From: a virus
Taxonomy: Duplodnaviria > Caudoviricetes
Strand: one strand, 5' to 3'
Length of the DNA: 48,007 bases
Virus record (IMG/VR): IMGVR_UViG_3300035148_000579
Coordinates: 1-48,007 of that record
The notes under the pieces were generated by a model. It saw only the letters and a program-made list of their open reading frames with translations, ran no database searches and was not told the DNA's origin. Shown in pieces: positions 8,669 to 18,909 of this stretch (its first letter is position 1; the number at the start of each line of letters is the position of its first letter). The translations under genes and the position numbers were made by a program.

Positions 8669-10182
8669 CGTACAAGACTGGGTCGTTCAATTCGGCGGTG
8701 GACGGGGCGATTACCCTGCTCGGGCTACTGGACGCTGATCTGGTGGCCAATGGGTGGGTGAAGGTCGAGACCTCGCTGGTGAGCGGGATCTACACGTGGA
8801 ACGTCTACGAGTCTCCTGCGGCCAGCAACTCTTTGGGGCAGAAGTTCCACGTGGCGCTCGGGTATCGGACGGCGCTGACCAGCAACTTCGTGTACACGGT
8901 TTTTCGGGACTGGGATGCCACGAACAACGTGGCGACCGGGTTCTCACCAGCCCGCTGCGATTCCGGGTTTGGCGCGATGTCCACGAACTACGAGTTCACG
9001 AGCACAGGTGGGACGCATACAGGGGTCAGTCGCCCGCTGCCTGATGGTACGAACCACGCCAACATCTATGATTTCACAGAGGGTCTGGGGAATTCCTATG
9101 GTACGGGGACGAACGGAACGACTCCGCCCACGTTCTCCAGTCCTCTGACGTGGACCGGGATTGTCAATGCCCCGGTGTTGGTTGCCACGGGGATTCGTAC
9201 GGCCACGATCTTGTCCGGTGGAAGTGGGTACACCACGGCCCCGACCATCGCGTTCACCGGAGGTGGGGCGTCCACGCAGGCCACGGCCACGTGCACGGTC
9301 AGTGCTGGGGTGGTGACCGCGATTCAGATCCTCACCCCCGGGTTCGGGTATACCAGCCAGCCGACGATCACGTTCAATCCTACGAGCGGCGGCACGGGCG
9401 CTTCGGCGGAAATTCGCGGGGTGGCAGGTAGCTACTCGGACTGGCGCCCGGTGGTCCAGCTTCAGGTGTCCGGCGGGTATACCGGAGGGTTCGGGATTTC
9501 CGACATCGCGTTGGGCAAGCAGCCAACCCAAACCTCGGGCACGAACTACGGGGCGTACACGTTCAACGCCCGGTTGAATCCCGGATTCATGTACCGGGAG
9601 ATGGCCGTCGGGAGTACGACGACGGATTACGTGTACAGCGTGACCATCGACCGCATGTACTGGTCGTTCCGGGCGAATGGCACGACGTTCATCGACTCGT
9701 ACTACATCGGGGCGTACGACAGTTTTATGTCCTCGCTTGACGACCCTCTGCCGCTCTGCGGGGTCTATCTCGGGGCGGTCAATGGCAACACCACGCAGAT
9801 TCAGCCTCTGACGGGGTACGGGTTTTCACCGTCCGAACCCAAGCTGAGTTCGATCACATACAGCTCCTCTTACCCGGCATTCTGTGTAAGCCCGCCGTAC
9901 TCGCTTGGGGTCACCTCCGGGCAGCACTACCCGTTGCTGTGCTCACACAATAACAACGAGGGGTACAGTAACCGGCGTATCCCGGTTCGTTTCGTTCTGA
10001 ACGGGCGCGGGTGGAACGGGTACAACACGAACATTTGGTGGCGCGGCATGCTGAAAGACGTGTACCTGTGCCAAGCGGGTATCAGCGCGTGGCAGGACGA
10101 GATCCAGTGGACGGTCGGGGCTACGCAGTACAACGCCGTGAAGCTGTCCAGTGGCGACGGGTTCTGGGGCTTGAAGGTCTGA
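8665..10182 (+). CDS. Virion/fibre-associated protein with inserted GSGYTTAPTI-type module
   Basis: ATGA coupling; G/T/S/Y-rich; two copies of GxGYTxxPTIxF. Confidence 0.65.
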   Translation: MTYKTGSFNSAVDGAITLLGLLDADLVANGWVKVETSLVSGIYTWNVYESPAASNSLGQKFHVALGYRTALTSNFVYTVFRDWDATNNVATGFSPARCDSGFGAMSTNYEFTSTGGTHTGVSRPLPDGTNHANIYDFTEGLGNSYGTGTNGTTPPTFSSPLTWTGIVNAPVLVATGIRTATILSGGSGYTTAPTIAFTGGGASTQATATCTVSAGVVTAIQILTPGFGYTSQPTITFNPTSGGTGASAEIRGVAGSYSDWRPVVQLQVSGGYTGGFGISDIALGKQPTQTSGTNYGAYTFNARLNPGFMYREMAVGSTTTDYVYSVTIDRMYWSFRANGTTFIDSYYIGAYDSFMSSLDDPLPLCGVYLGAVNGNTTQIQPLTGYGFSPSEPKLSSITYSSSYPAFCVSPPYSLGVTSGQHYPLLCSHNNNEGYSNRRIPVRFVLNGRGWNGYNTNIWWRGMLKDVYLCQAGISAWQDEIQWTVGATQYNAVKLSSGDGFWGLKV

Positions 10183-10184
10183 TC

Positions 10185-10412
10185 ATGACGGTCCTTGTCG
10201 TGAACATGCCTACCGTGCGGGCGACGAGCACGGAGTTCGACGACCTGACGACCATGTCCGTGGTCAAGGGGCGGTACCTCCAGAAGTCGGGGTTCACGAC
10301 CACCGGGCCAGTGGATGGAATGCTGGGACTGTTCGCGGTGTTTACGGCGTACCCGACGGTTCGGCCCCGCGTGCCCGAGAACCTGCGATACCCGGCTAGA
10401 TCCGGGGAGTAA
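10185..10412 (+). CDS. 75-aa hypothetical virion-module protein
   Basis: ATG 2 nt after the previous stop; fills the gap up to the next gene; ends with the GGGGAG RBS of that gene. Confidence 0.6.
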   Translation: MTVLVVNMPTVRATSTEFDDLTTMSVVKGRYLQKSGFTTTGPVDGMLGLFAVFTAYPTVRPRVPENLRYPARSGE

Positions 10413-10415
10413 CTC

Positions 10416-13400
10416 GTGGCGAATACGCCCTGGGGCTCCGGTACTTGGGGTAGCGGCACCTGGGGTGGCGTTGACCTAACGTCCAACCTGCTTCCGTCAG
10501 GGTGGATGTCCAGTGCCGTCGGCTCCCCGACGGTCACCAGCCAGTACAGCGTTACCGCCTCCGGCTGGCAGTCCTCCGTTGTAGACGGAGCCTTCCGCGT
10601 TTACTTCCAGGCCACCGTAGCGCCGACAGGCATCGCGTCTACGAACGCGTTCGGCGACCTCGGTTCAGCGTACATATTTATCGCCGCCCCTTCGGGGTGG
10701 GTGTCCAGTAGCTTCGGGACTGCTTCTCTCCACATGCGGCTCCGCTTCGGCGGAGCAGGGTGGATGTCTAGTGCGTGGGGCACGCCCGACATTTCGAACT
10801 TCACGCGCACGATCACCGCGCCTGGGTTCCAAGTCGAGCACCTCTACGGCACCCCGACGATCTACAACCGGAACCTGTTCGTCAATCCGCCCGGAGTCGT
10901 CTCGGGCGAGGCGTTCGGTCCGGTGCAGATCACCGGCGAGATCTGGTACTTCAGCGTTCCGTCGCTCGGCGTTGTCACGACGTTCGGTACGTCCAGCATC
11001 GACAACAAGAACCGCACGGTCACGACCGTTGCGTGGAACTCGTCACAGTTCGGCCTGCCGCTGTGCATCAAGGACGGCCGGTACATCCTGCCCGACCCGT
11101 GGACGAGCTCATTCTTCGGTAATCACGTCGCGCGTGATGACGTGTTCATCGCGGGGCCGTCGAGCTTCAGTTCCAGCGCGGTTGGTCAGCCGCAGGTAAT
11201 CGGCCCGCAGTACATCTACCCGCTCGGCATCCTGAACGATGTCTTCGGAGAGAACAGCATTGTCTGGAACTACAACCAGATCGTGCTGCACATCAACGGG
11301 CAGATCGACAACGAAGATGAGTTCGGTGTCGGGCTGGTGCTCAATCGCAACCGGACGCTGTTCGCTTCCGGCTGGCGCTCGGACAAGATCTCGAACGGTG
11401 CGGAAGTCGTCGCGGGTGCGTGGGGCATCACCGCGCCGTCCATCGGTGCCGTCACTACATTCGGTACGCCGGACTTTTCCGAAGGCACGCGCTACCTGCG
11501 CCCGCCGGGCCTCGATTCGTTTGCCAGCGAGAAGTGGCACGTCATCTACAACGCCGCGCGGGTTGTGTATGCGCAGGGGTGGCAGAACAACAACGCGTTC
11601 GGCAGCTTCACGCACGAGCTGAAGAACCGGTTCTACGACATCCCGCCGGGGCCCGACGCAGAGTACGGCACTCCGTTCGTCGCGCCGCGCGTCCGCACCC
11701 TCGGCCACTGGTTCCCGTCGGCCGGCGACGGAGTATCGGTCAACGTCGAGGTGCGCCTCGGGACGAACTTCATCTACCCGTCGGGCTGGGAGGAGTACCG
11801 CACTTCTGCCACGTACCTGTACATCCACAAGAACGAAGCGTTCGTCTGGGGCATGCCGCCGCCGGACCCGCAAGTGTCCAGCGACGCGATTGTGCTCAAC
11901 CGGAACCGGTCCTACACGATCACGGCCGGTTTCCAGAGCGAGGTCGGGCAAGCCAAGATTGAGCTTCTGAAGCGGTACCTGACGGTGATCCCGTGGATCA
12001 GCTCCGGCGTCAGCCGAGAGCTGTCGATTGCCGACACCGACCGTACGTTCTCGATCCCGTCGCTGGGCGCGCCGCCAGTCATCGTCACCACGCACAAGGT
12101 CGAGTACACCAGCATCACGCCGAACGTGACGCGTACGGTGTGGCCACGCCCGCTGCCGGAGTATGCCCCGGGCATCACGGGCTACACGACGTACGGCCAG
12201 CCGGAAGTGAGGTCGAACTCGATCTTCCCGTCAGGCATCTTCTCGCAGGTTATCGGAACGCATCAGGCCAAGCCGGTCGACCAGACGATCTTCCCGTCTG
12301 GCTGGACGATTGTGAACGACTCGCGCTTCGGTATCGCCAAGCTGAACCGCACGCAATACATCATCCTGGACGGCGAGGCGGACGACGACAACATCGAGAC
12401 GTCGGAGAGCGCTCACAACGGTATCGAGCCCGGACCCGTGGGGTGGCCGCGCTTTAACCCCCACACGGTATGGGCGAGGCTCGACACGCCAATTCAGGCG
12501 AAGCTCAATCACCCGGAGTCCGACGACTACCATATTCTCGACGGATTCACCAAGTGGGGAGGGCTTACCGGCGACCCCGTATATGGGTGGCGCGCGCCGT
12601 CGCAGCTGTACGGCCGCCCCTTCCCGTGGGTCGACCACAAGAACCGCACCTTCACCGGCTGGGGCGGCATCGAGCCGCCGTTCATCCCGGTCAGTGAGGG
12701 GGCGGCGGTCATCCTGAAGCGCCGTGTAGTCCGCCCCGGCACCTGGCGGAGCGACCGCTTCGGGGTGCTGCACGAGATCATCCCGCACGGGAATCTGGCG
12801 CAAGCCGTCGGGATCCCGCCAGCCATCGTGGCGCTGGACTTCATGGGGGAGCCTCTCTACAACGTCACGAACCCGGTCGTTCGTTTCGACCCGATTCCGC
12901 CACCGCCACCGCCGGTCCTCGGCGACATCAACCAGAGCGTGGTTCCGAGCGGGCTCCGGGTCGAGCTGTTCAACCGGACGGTGTTCCCGGGTCCGTTCGT
13001 GTCGACCTTCCAGAATTGGCACTTCGTGGACGGCGAGGAACCGTATCTGGAGTTGCCGACGGCAGACACCCAGCCCCCAAGCAAAGGGTGGGTGTTCTAC
13101 GCTGGGCCGAAGATCCCGCGCCAGATCCAAGGGTGGAAGTCCGAGGCCATCGGCACCGCCATGATCGCTTACCGGATCCGGCACGTCCTGCCCGATCCGT
13201 TCGACGCGTCGGACATGGTGTATCGCACCACCCGCCTGCAGGATCAGATGCGAGTTTCCAACCGCACGCCGACGACACACACGTCGAATTTCCCGCCGCA
13301 GTTTATCGGCGTATCCTCTCAGACGGCCTTTGCTGCCGGTGTGCCGGACATCTATAATCGCTCTCAGTTCGTGTACCCCGACTGCATGTGCGTACACGGA

Positions 13401-13430
13401 AAGGGAATTCCCGACGTCGCCCATGGCTGA
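10416..13430 (+). CDS. 1004-aa virion structural protein with degenerate ~22-aa repeats
   Basis: Recurrent NRNR/NKNR...P-x-G-W/F-x-S-x-x-F/V-G units (PSGWMSSAVG, PSGWVSSSFG, GAGWMSSAWG); GGGGAG RBS. Confidence 0.7.
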   Translation: MANTPWGSGTWGSGTWGGVDLTSNLLPSGWMSSAVGSPTVTSQYSVTASGWQSSVVDGAFRVYFQATVAPTGIASTNAFGDLGSAYIFIAAPSGWVSSSFGTASLHMRLRFGGAGWMSSAWGTPDISNFTRTITAPGFQVEHLYGTPTIYNRNLFVNPPGVVSGEAFGPVQITGEIWYFSVPSLGVVTTFGTSSIDNKNRTVTTVAWNSSQFGLPLCIKDGRYILPDPWTSSFFGNHVARDDVFIAGPSSFSSSAVGQPQVIGPQYIYPLGILNDVFGENSIVWNYNQIVLHINGQIDNEDEFGVGLVLNRNRTLFASGWRSDKISNGAEVVAGAWGITAPSIGAVTTFGTPDFSEGTRYLRPPGLDSFASEKWHVIYNAARVVYAQGWQNNNAFGSFTHELKNRFYDIPPGPDAEYGTPFVAPRVRTLGHWFPSAGDGVSVNVEVRLGTNFIYPSGWEEYRTSATYLYIHKNEAFVWGMPPPDPQVSSDAIVLNRNRSYTITAGFQSEVGQAKIELLKRYLTVIPWISSGVSRELSIADTDRTFSIPSLGAPPVIVTTHKVEYTSITPNVTRTVWPRPLPEYAPGITGYTTYGQPEVRSNSIFPSGIFSQVIGTHQAKPVDQTIFPSGWTIVNDSRFGIAKLNRTQYIILDGEADDDNIETSESAHNGIEPGPVGWPRFNPHTVWARLDTPIQAKLNHPESDDYHILDGFTKWGGLTGDPVYGWRAPSQLYGRPFPWVDHKNRTFTGWGGIEPPFIPVSEGAAVILKRRVVRPGTWRSDRFGVLHEIIPHGNLAQAVGIPPAIVALDFMGEPLYNVTNPVVRFDPIPPPPPPVLGDINQSVVPSGLRVELFNRTVFPGPFVSTFQNWHFVDGEEPYLELPTADTQPPSKGWVFYAGPKIPRQIQGWKSEAIGTAMIAYRIRHVLPDPFDASDMVYRTTRLQDQMRVSNRTPTTHTSNFPPQFIGVSSQTAFAAGVPDIYNRSQFVYPDCMCVHGKGIPDVAHG

Positions 13431-14604
13431 CATCAAGCTGGCCCCTTTTCTGGGGATCGACACCGAATCGTCAGAGCCCGTAGATGAATACGGGCTTCTT
13501 GACGACGCCGTGAATGTCGACATCAACCGTGACGGCACCCTCGCGCGCCGTCCCGGTCTTTCGTCGTTGTACGGCAGCGGCGTCAGCAGCGTCTGGGGCT
13601 CCCCCGCTCACGGGCAGCTGTTTGCTGTCCTATCTGGCACTCTTCGGCTTTTTGATGTAGCTTCCAACACTCTCACGCCGCTCGGCCCCGTAGGGGACGT
13701 CGACGTGGAGTACGTCGAGGTCAATGGCGAGGTCGTCGTAAGCGGCCTCAACACCCTCGGCGTTGTACGTGGTGGTGCATTGGAGGGCCTGGGTGTCGAG
13801 GAGCCTGCTCCTCCGCTGGTTGCAGCGGACACGGACGGCGGGCTTGCCGGGGGCCGGTACGGCGTGGTGATCACCTTCATCGCTGGTAACGGTGAAGAGA
13901 GCTCCGCTAGTGACGCTGTGTTCGTCACGGTTCCGGAGGCCGGGGGACTCGAAATCCAGGCCCTCCCCGTGCCGCTCGAAGCGAAGGTGTCGAAGATCCG
14001 CATCTACCGCACGGGTACCAACGGCGACGTGTTCTATCAGGCTCAGGAAGTGAGCCTCCCGCACTCCGGCGCGTTCCTCCTGAACCCCACCGCTGTCGGG
14101 CGCATGATCGACACCCGCGGTTTCGAGCGGATGCGCAGCGGCATGTACCTGCGCTACTGGCGCGGCCGCATCATCGTGGCGCGTGGGCGAAACCTGTATT
14201 TCAGCGAGCCGATGCGATACGGCTTGTTCGACCCGCGGCACGGCTTCGTGCAGATGCCACAGGTCATCACGTTCCTGCAGCCCGTCGAGGGCGGCATCTA
14301 CGTCGGCCAGTCCAACGGCGTGGTGTTCCTTCAGGGCACCACTCCGGATAAGCTGGCGGTGGTGCAGACCGGAGCGGCCAAGCCGTTGCCGGGCTCAGCC
14401 ACTGAGATTGGAAGCAGTTCGTTTTCGCTGGAAGGTGCGAAGGCGTCCGAGAAGTATGCTGTCTGGGTCGGTGCGCGCGGATACGCGCTCGGCGATCCGG
14501 GCGGCAACGTGGTAGAGCCGCAGAGTAGGCGGCTCGCCGTTCCTGTCGGGCAGCGCGGCGTAACGGTCGTACATAACCGCCGCCTGACCACCCTTGTAAC
14601 TTGA
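13423..14604 (+). CDS. Tail protein (nozzle/stabilisation-like, beta-propeller-type); start moved to ATG 13423
   Basis: ATGGCTGA overlap with the previous stop; FLGID...DAVNVDINRDGTLARRPG N-terminus; IRIYRT and LYFSEP motifs. Confidence 0.6.
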   Translation: MADIKLAPFLGIDTESSEPVDEYGLLDDAVNVDINRDGTLARRPGLSSLYGSGVSSVWGSPAHGQLFAVLSGTLRLFDVASNTLTPLGPVGDVDVEYVEVNGEVVVSGLNTLGVVRGGALEGLGVEEPAPPLVAADTDGGLAGGRYGVVITFIAGNGEESSASDAVFVTVPEAGGLEIQALPVPLEAKVSKIRIYRTGTNGDVFYQAQEVSLPHSGAFLLNPTAVGRMIDTRGFERMRSGMYLRYWRGRIIVARGRNLYFSEPMRYGLFDPRHGFVQMPQVITFLQPVEGGIYVGQSNGVVFLQGTTPDKLAVVQTGAAKPLPGSATEIGSSSFSLEGAKASEKYAVWVGARGYALGDPGGNVVEPQSRRLAVPVGQRGVTVVHNRRLTTLVT

Positions 14605-14618
14605 ACCCCGAGGTATAG

Positions 14619-15209
14619 ATGAAGCAAATTCTTAAGCACAAACGGGAGTTCGCGCAGGACTTGCAGGACGGCGCGTACGAACTCACTGGCAGCGGTATTG
14701 TGTTCCCGCGCAAGAACGTCCTCATCAGCGGCGAGTATTTCCACGCCGTGAATGGTGAAGACCTTCAGGTGGACAAGAACCTGATCGTCGATCAGGGCAT
14801 CCTGTACATCCTGGGCGCTGCGCTGGGCGCGACCGCGAAGATCACCACGTGGTACCTGGCCCCGTACGCAACGGCGATCTCGCCGGCTGCGAACTGGACC
14901 GCCGCGAACTTCACCGCGACCGCTGGTGAGATCACGTCGACGACTGAGGGCTTCTCGCAAGTCACGCGTCCGACGTGGACCCCGGGCACTCCGGCGACGA
15001 ACATGATCGACAACCTGTCGGCGATGGCGGACTTCTCCATCGTCTGCACGACCTCGGTCATCATCAACGGCGCTGGCTTGCTCTCGTCGAACACCCGTGG
15101 CGGCACGACCGGCACGCTGGCTTCGGCGGGGCGCTTCGCGACTCAGCGTACGGTCTTCAACGGCGACACGTTCCAGCTGGGCTACCGGGTCACTCTGGCC
15201 GGGGCCTAA
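14619..15209 (+). CDS. Virion structural protein (fibre-adaptor-like)
   Basis: GAGG RBS; NLIVDQGILYIL...WYLAPY...RPTW...GDTFQLGYRVTL. Confidence 0.65.
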   Translation: MKQILKHKREFAQDLQDGAYELTGSGIVFPRKNVLISGEYFHAVNGEDLQVDKNLIVDQGILYILGAALGATAKITTWYLAPYATAISPAANWTAANFTATAGEITSTTEGFSQVTRPTWTPGTPATNMIDNLSAMADFSIVCTTSVIINGAGLLSSNTRGGTTGTLASAGRFATQRTVFNGDTFQLGYRVTLAGA

Positions 15210-15221
15210 CCCGGCCAGGCC

Positions 15222-17765
15222 GTGAAGGTCTTTGACGGCTTCCGGCTTGGATCAGACAGCGCGCTTTCAGACGCGGAGGTTCTCGCGGCGAAGAAGCTCG
15301 CTGTCGACACTCGTCTGGAGGCCCACGCCCGCGGCCTGAATCAGTTTCGGAAGTACGTTGAGCTGCCGAACGGCGGGTATGCGTACTCGCTGAAAGCCGG
15401 GGACTACCTGAACGTTCATGTAGTCCCCGGTGCACGTCCGAAGGAGGAAGACGAGCAGCAGGTCGAGTTCGCCATTCCCGACTTCGGTTCCGGGTGGGTC
15501 GTGGGTGGCATCATCATTCCCACGCGCGTGAATGGCGTCGGTCCTGAGATCGACATGACGGACTTCCGCGCCACCACGCTCGCAGCGATCCGCCTCGGCA
15601 CCACTGCCACGAAGGTGCGTGGCCCGCGTTATGCGCTGGAGCCCAGCGACGAGCGTAGCGACCTGCGCAACCCCAATGAGCCTCCGCGCTTCTCGCAGTA
15701 CGTATACCTGCGTCCCGCCATGTACAGCGGCAAGATGCAGAAAGTGGCGCAGCTGGTCCTCGGCTACGGCAAGCCGAAGAAGCCGAACGTGTTCTCTCCG
15801 TTCGCGCGTACCGTCGCGCGTGCGGCCGGGCTTACTGAAGCTACGGACGAGATCAACGATGCGTTCCGCAACGGCGTGCCGATCAAGTACGACAACCGCT
15901 TCTATCGAACGCACGGCATCACCGTAGACCCAACTGGTAAGTGGTGGATCATCGAGATCAGCGGGCGCGGTATGCACGCCATGCCGATGCCGTTCTGGCC
16001 CGGTACTACGCTCGCTGCGTTCAAGGACCGGGCGGAGCTGATCGACAGCGAGATCTATAACGCCATCGCAGAGTTCGGCGGACTGCCGAGCGGAGACTCA
16101 CTGCCGCTGGGTGACGCGTTGTTCAACTGCATGAAGCGCGCGGGATTGATCAAGGAGCTCGCGCCCGCATCGCGCCTGACGAACTTCTACCGGCTGTCGC
16201 CGTTCAGTTCGTCGATGGGCTGGGCGATCAACGCGAGTGGCACCGAGGCGCACAACGTAGCCTACGAGTACGACGACAACGGTATCCCCTACTCGGAATA
16301 CTGGGCTGCGTCTTTCTCCATCGGCAGCACCATCGCGCCGCAGAACGAAGACCACCCGGACCTACCCGCGCTGCGTACGAAATTGAACGGCGCCACCGCG
16401 CCCTCCGCGAAGTACAAGGAGTACGTCATATCCAAGTTGCCGTACCTGAGCAACAGCGAGTTGCTGAATCTCGGCCGCTCCGTACTGACTGCACAGGAAG
16501 CGTTCGATGCGTGCGACGGTATCGAGATCAGCCGCGTGAACGGTATCGGCAACGTCGCGATGGTGAAGCGCGCGACGTACTGGTACCCGTCGATCAACTA
16601 CTCGATGATGAAGGTGCACGAACCGCTGATCGGCGGTTTGCTTTCCGTGGATATGCGGCGGCTCGGGTATCAGACAACGGATAACGTTCCGACGGTGATG
16701 GACGCGATCATGAATGTCCACTTCATCGACGACGAGATCAAGTACACATACTTCTACTGGGACCGCACCACGGAGTACGTGAACGAGGACGAGAACAACT
16801 TCGAGCCCTGTATGCTGGCGGGCAACTACTATCAGTACCTGCGTTCGGGTAACAGCGCGGTGCCGCCGCTCATGTACACGACGGATGTCGACGTGCGGCG
16901 TCGCTTGTCACCCACGGAGACTGAGCAGACGATCACCAGCCGGAAGCTGGATGCAATCATCGAGTGGCACTCACTGGACCCAGCGTTCCTCTCGCACGGC
17001 GTTGGCTACCGCGACCACTACTGGGAAAAGAAGTTTACGTACGAGACGACGTACGACCGAGCGCGCGGCGCGTTCGTGATCATCCCCGGGGGTGTGCGAC
17101 ACGGCTCGTTGATACTCACGTCGGAGAGCCGCTCCGGAATGCTGAAGGGGACGCAGTACACACTGGTGTCGCGCACAGATCCGTGGTCCTACTGGGGTCG
17201 CGTGCTGTGGGCAAACCGCGACGTTATGGAGCAGCTCGGTTATCTACCGATCCAAGCAGTCATCTATCCAGATGGCCCGCTTGGCGACTGCCCTGACAGG
17301 TTCAAGTTCAAGGTCGGTGGTGAGCCCGCGTACGAGCCGACCGAGTGCAGCTACATGTACGACTACGGCCCGTGGGCGGTACGCTGCCAGGAAGTTCCCC
17401 CCGGTAACGTGCCGCAGCAAGCGCCGACCGTTCCTGCCAGCACGACGGAGAACGACTTCGACCCTTACTCCTCGTGGGAGGTAACGCTAGACTTGGAGGC
17501 GCTGGAGAAGCCTGAAGTGGTGGTACGCGACGACAACCGCGCAAACCGCTGGGGCTCCACCATCCTGTGGGTCGAGGCCAGTCCCAACAAGTTCGGCGAC
17601 GTCCAGCGCTGTTACGTAACCACCAACTGCCTCGGTGACGGCAATGCGCTGGTCGCCGATACCGGCCCGAACGGTTATGGCCCTGGCGTGTCACGCGGGG
17701 CACCGATTGACGAAGACATCCGGAAGCACTCTGCGTGCTTCGTGGGAGTGGTAAATGGCTATTGA
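15222..17765 (+). CDS. 847-aa virion structural protein, function unknown
   Basis: Long ORF with phage-like codon bias, in the structural operon, overlapping the next gene. Confidence 0.7.
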   Translation: MKVFDGFRLGSDSALSDAEVLAAKKLAVDTRLEAHARGLNQFRKYVELPNGGYAYSLKAGDYLNVHVVPGARPKEEDEQQVEFAIPDFGSGWVVGGIIIPTRVNGVGPEIDMTDFRATTLAAIRLGTTATKVRGPRYALEPSDERSDLRNPNEPPRFSQYVYLRPAMYSGKMQKVAQLVLGYGKPKKPNVFSPFARTVARAAGLTEATDEINDAFRNGVPIKYDNRFYRTHGITVDPTGKWWIIEISGRGMHAMPMPFWPGTTLAAFKDRAELIDSEIYNAIAEFGGLPSGDSLPLGDALFNCMKRAGLIKELAPASRLTNFYRLSPFSSSMGWAINASGTEAHNVAYEYDDNGIPYSEYWAASFSIGSTIAPQNEDHPDLPALRTKLNGATAPSAKYKEYVISKLPYLSNSELLNLGRSVLTAQEAFDACDGIEISRVNGIGNVAMVKRATYWYPSINYSMMKVHEPLIGGLLSVDMRRLGYQTTDNVPTVMDAIMNVHFIDDEIKYTYFYWDRTTEYVNEDENNFEPCMLAGNYYQYLRSGNSAVPPLMYTTDVDVRRRLSPTETEQTITSRKLDAIIEWHSLDPAFLSHGVGYRDHYWEKKFTYETTYDRARGAFVIIPGGVRHGSLILTSESRSGMLKGTQYTLVSRTDPWSYWGRVLWANRDVMEQLGYLPIQAVIYPDGPLGDCPDRFKFKVGGEPAYEPTECSYMYDYGPWAVRCQEVPPGNVPQQAPTVPASTTENDFDPYSSWEVTLDLEALEKPEVVVRDDNRANRWGSTILWVEASPNKFGDVQRCYVTTNCLGDGNALVADTGPNGYGPGVSRGAPIDEDIRKHSACFVGVVNGY

Positions 17766-18909
17766 AGTCTGCACCTACCAAGACAACGGCGTAATCACCG
17801 ACGCTCAGTTCGTCACGTACATTCCGGTTCCGATAGAGGTATCGGGCACCCTATCGGACCTCATCCAGCCAGGCGATTCGCTGGTGCTGTCGGAGACGGG
17901 GACACTGACCGATCTGTGGTCTGAGCGGGCGTTTACGCTCGTTTCCGAGGTCGGAACCCTGTCCGATACCCCCTTTCCGGCGGTATCGGACCAGGAAGTG
18001 CTTGCCGACTCCCTACGCATGGTCGATGCGTTGTCGGCTGCGTACAAGGTGTCCCTGTCCGATACCCTGACGCCCACCGAGCTGTGGGACGGCATCGGTG
18101 CCAACGTCCTGACCGAGTACGGGACGGCAACCGACACGCTGATCCCGGCCAACCTCGGAAGCCAGACGCTGGTCGACGGCCTGGTCGGGTCGGACACGCT
18201 GTACCCCGCCACCTACGTCGTGGTCGCGGAGACAGGCACGCTCGGGGACTCCCAGCCCGCTTTTTCCCGGTCTTCGACGATTCTTACCGAAAACGGGGTT
18301 TTCGGAGAGGTTCTGGCGTTCTCTGCCGCCTCAGAGCTGCCCCTGCTGACCGAGAGTGGCACAGTAGCCGACGCTACGTTCCACACGGTCACCACATCGC
18401 CGGTCCTGGTCGACGACATGTTCGTCATCGACGTGTTCCTGACGGGGGACACCGGAGCGTGGGCGACCAACACCGACGCGTGGCAGATGACTCGGTACGT
18501 CCTGCCGGAAAGCAACAGCCTCGCCGTGCTGTCCCACGAGCGGTACATCGGGACTGCCGCCGGCCTGAGCGTGTTCGCGGACGATCAACCGGTCACGGGG
18601 GCCAAGGTACGCAGCCGCATCTTCGGCAACCAGACCGAGCGGTATGTGCTACCGCGCACGATGAACGTGGGGTATGTTAGCGAGCAACCACTCACTGTTA
18701 GAATGCTGACTACCAAAGACGGCACGGAGGCCGTGTTTTCGTACTCTATGCCCCCGAAAGTGGCCGACATTTGGGTTCCGGGTCGCGTTGCGCTCGGCCG
18801 TGGTCTGCGCAGCCGATACATGCGCTACGAAATTGAGAACACGCTGGGCGGGTTCTTCCAGATCGACACCGCAGCTCTCGATGCGGACGTCTCGACGAGG
18901 CGCGTATGA
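17755..18909 (+). CDS. Virion structural protein with ~10 acidic L-x-E/D-x-G-T-x-x-D repeats
   Basis: VLSETGTLTD, LVSEVGTLSD, VLTEYGTATD, VVAETGTLGD, LLTESGTVAD; C-terminal GRGLRSRYMRYEIEN domain. Confidence 0.7.
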   Translation: MAIEVCTYQDNGVITDAQFVTYIPVPIEVSGTLSDLIQPGDSLVLSETGTLTDLWSERAFTLVSEVGTLSDTPFPAVSDQEVLADSLRMVDALSAAYKVSLSDTLTPTELWDGIGANVLTEYGTATDTLIPANLGSQTLVDGLVGSDTLYPATYVVVAETGTLGDSQPAFSRSSTILTENGVFGEVLAFSAASELPLLTESGTVADATFHTVTTSPVLVDDMFVIDVFLTGDTGAWATNTDAWQMTRYVLPESNSLAVLSHERYIGTAAGLSVFADDQPVTGAKVRSRIFGNQTERYVLPRTMNVGYVSEQPLTVRMLTTKDGTEAVFSYSMPPKVADIWVPGRVALGRGLRSRYMRYEIENTLGGFFQIDTAALDADVSTRRV

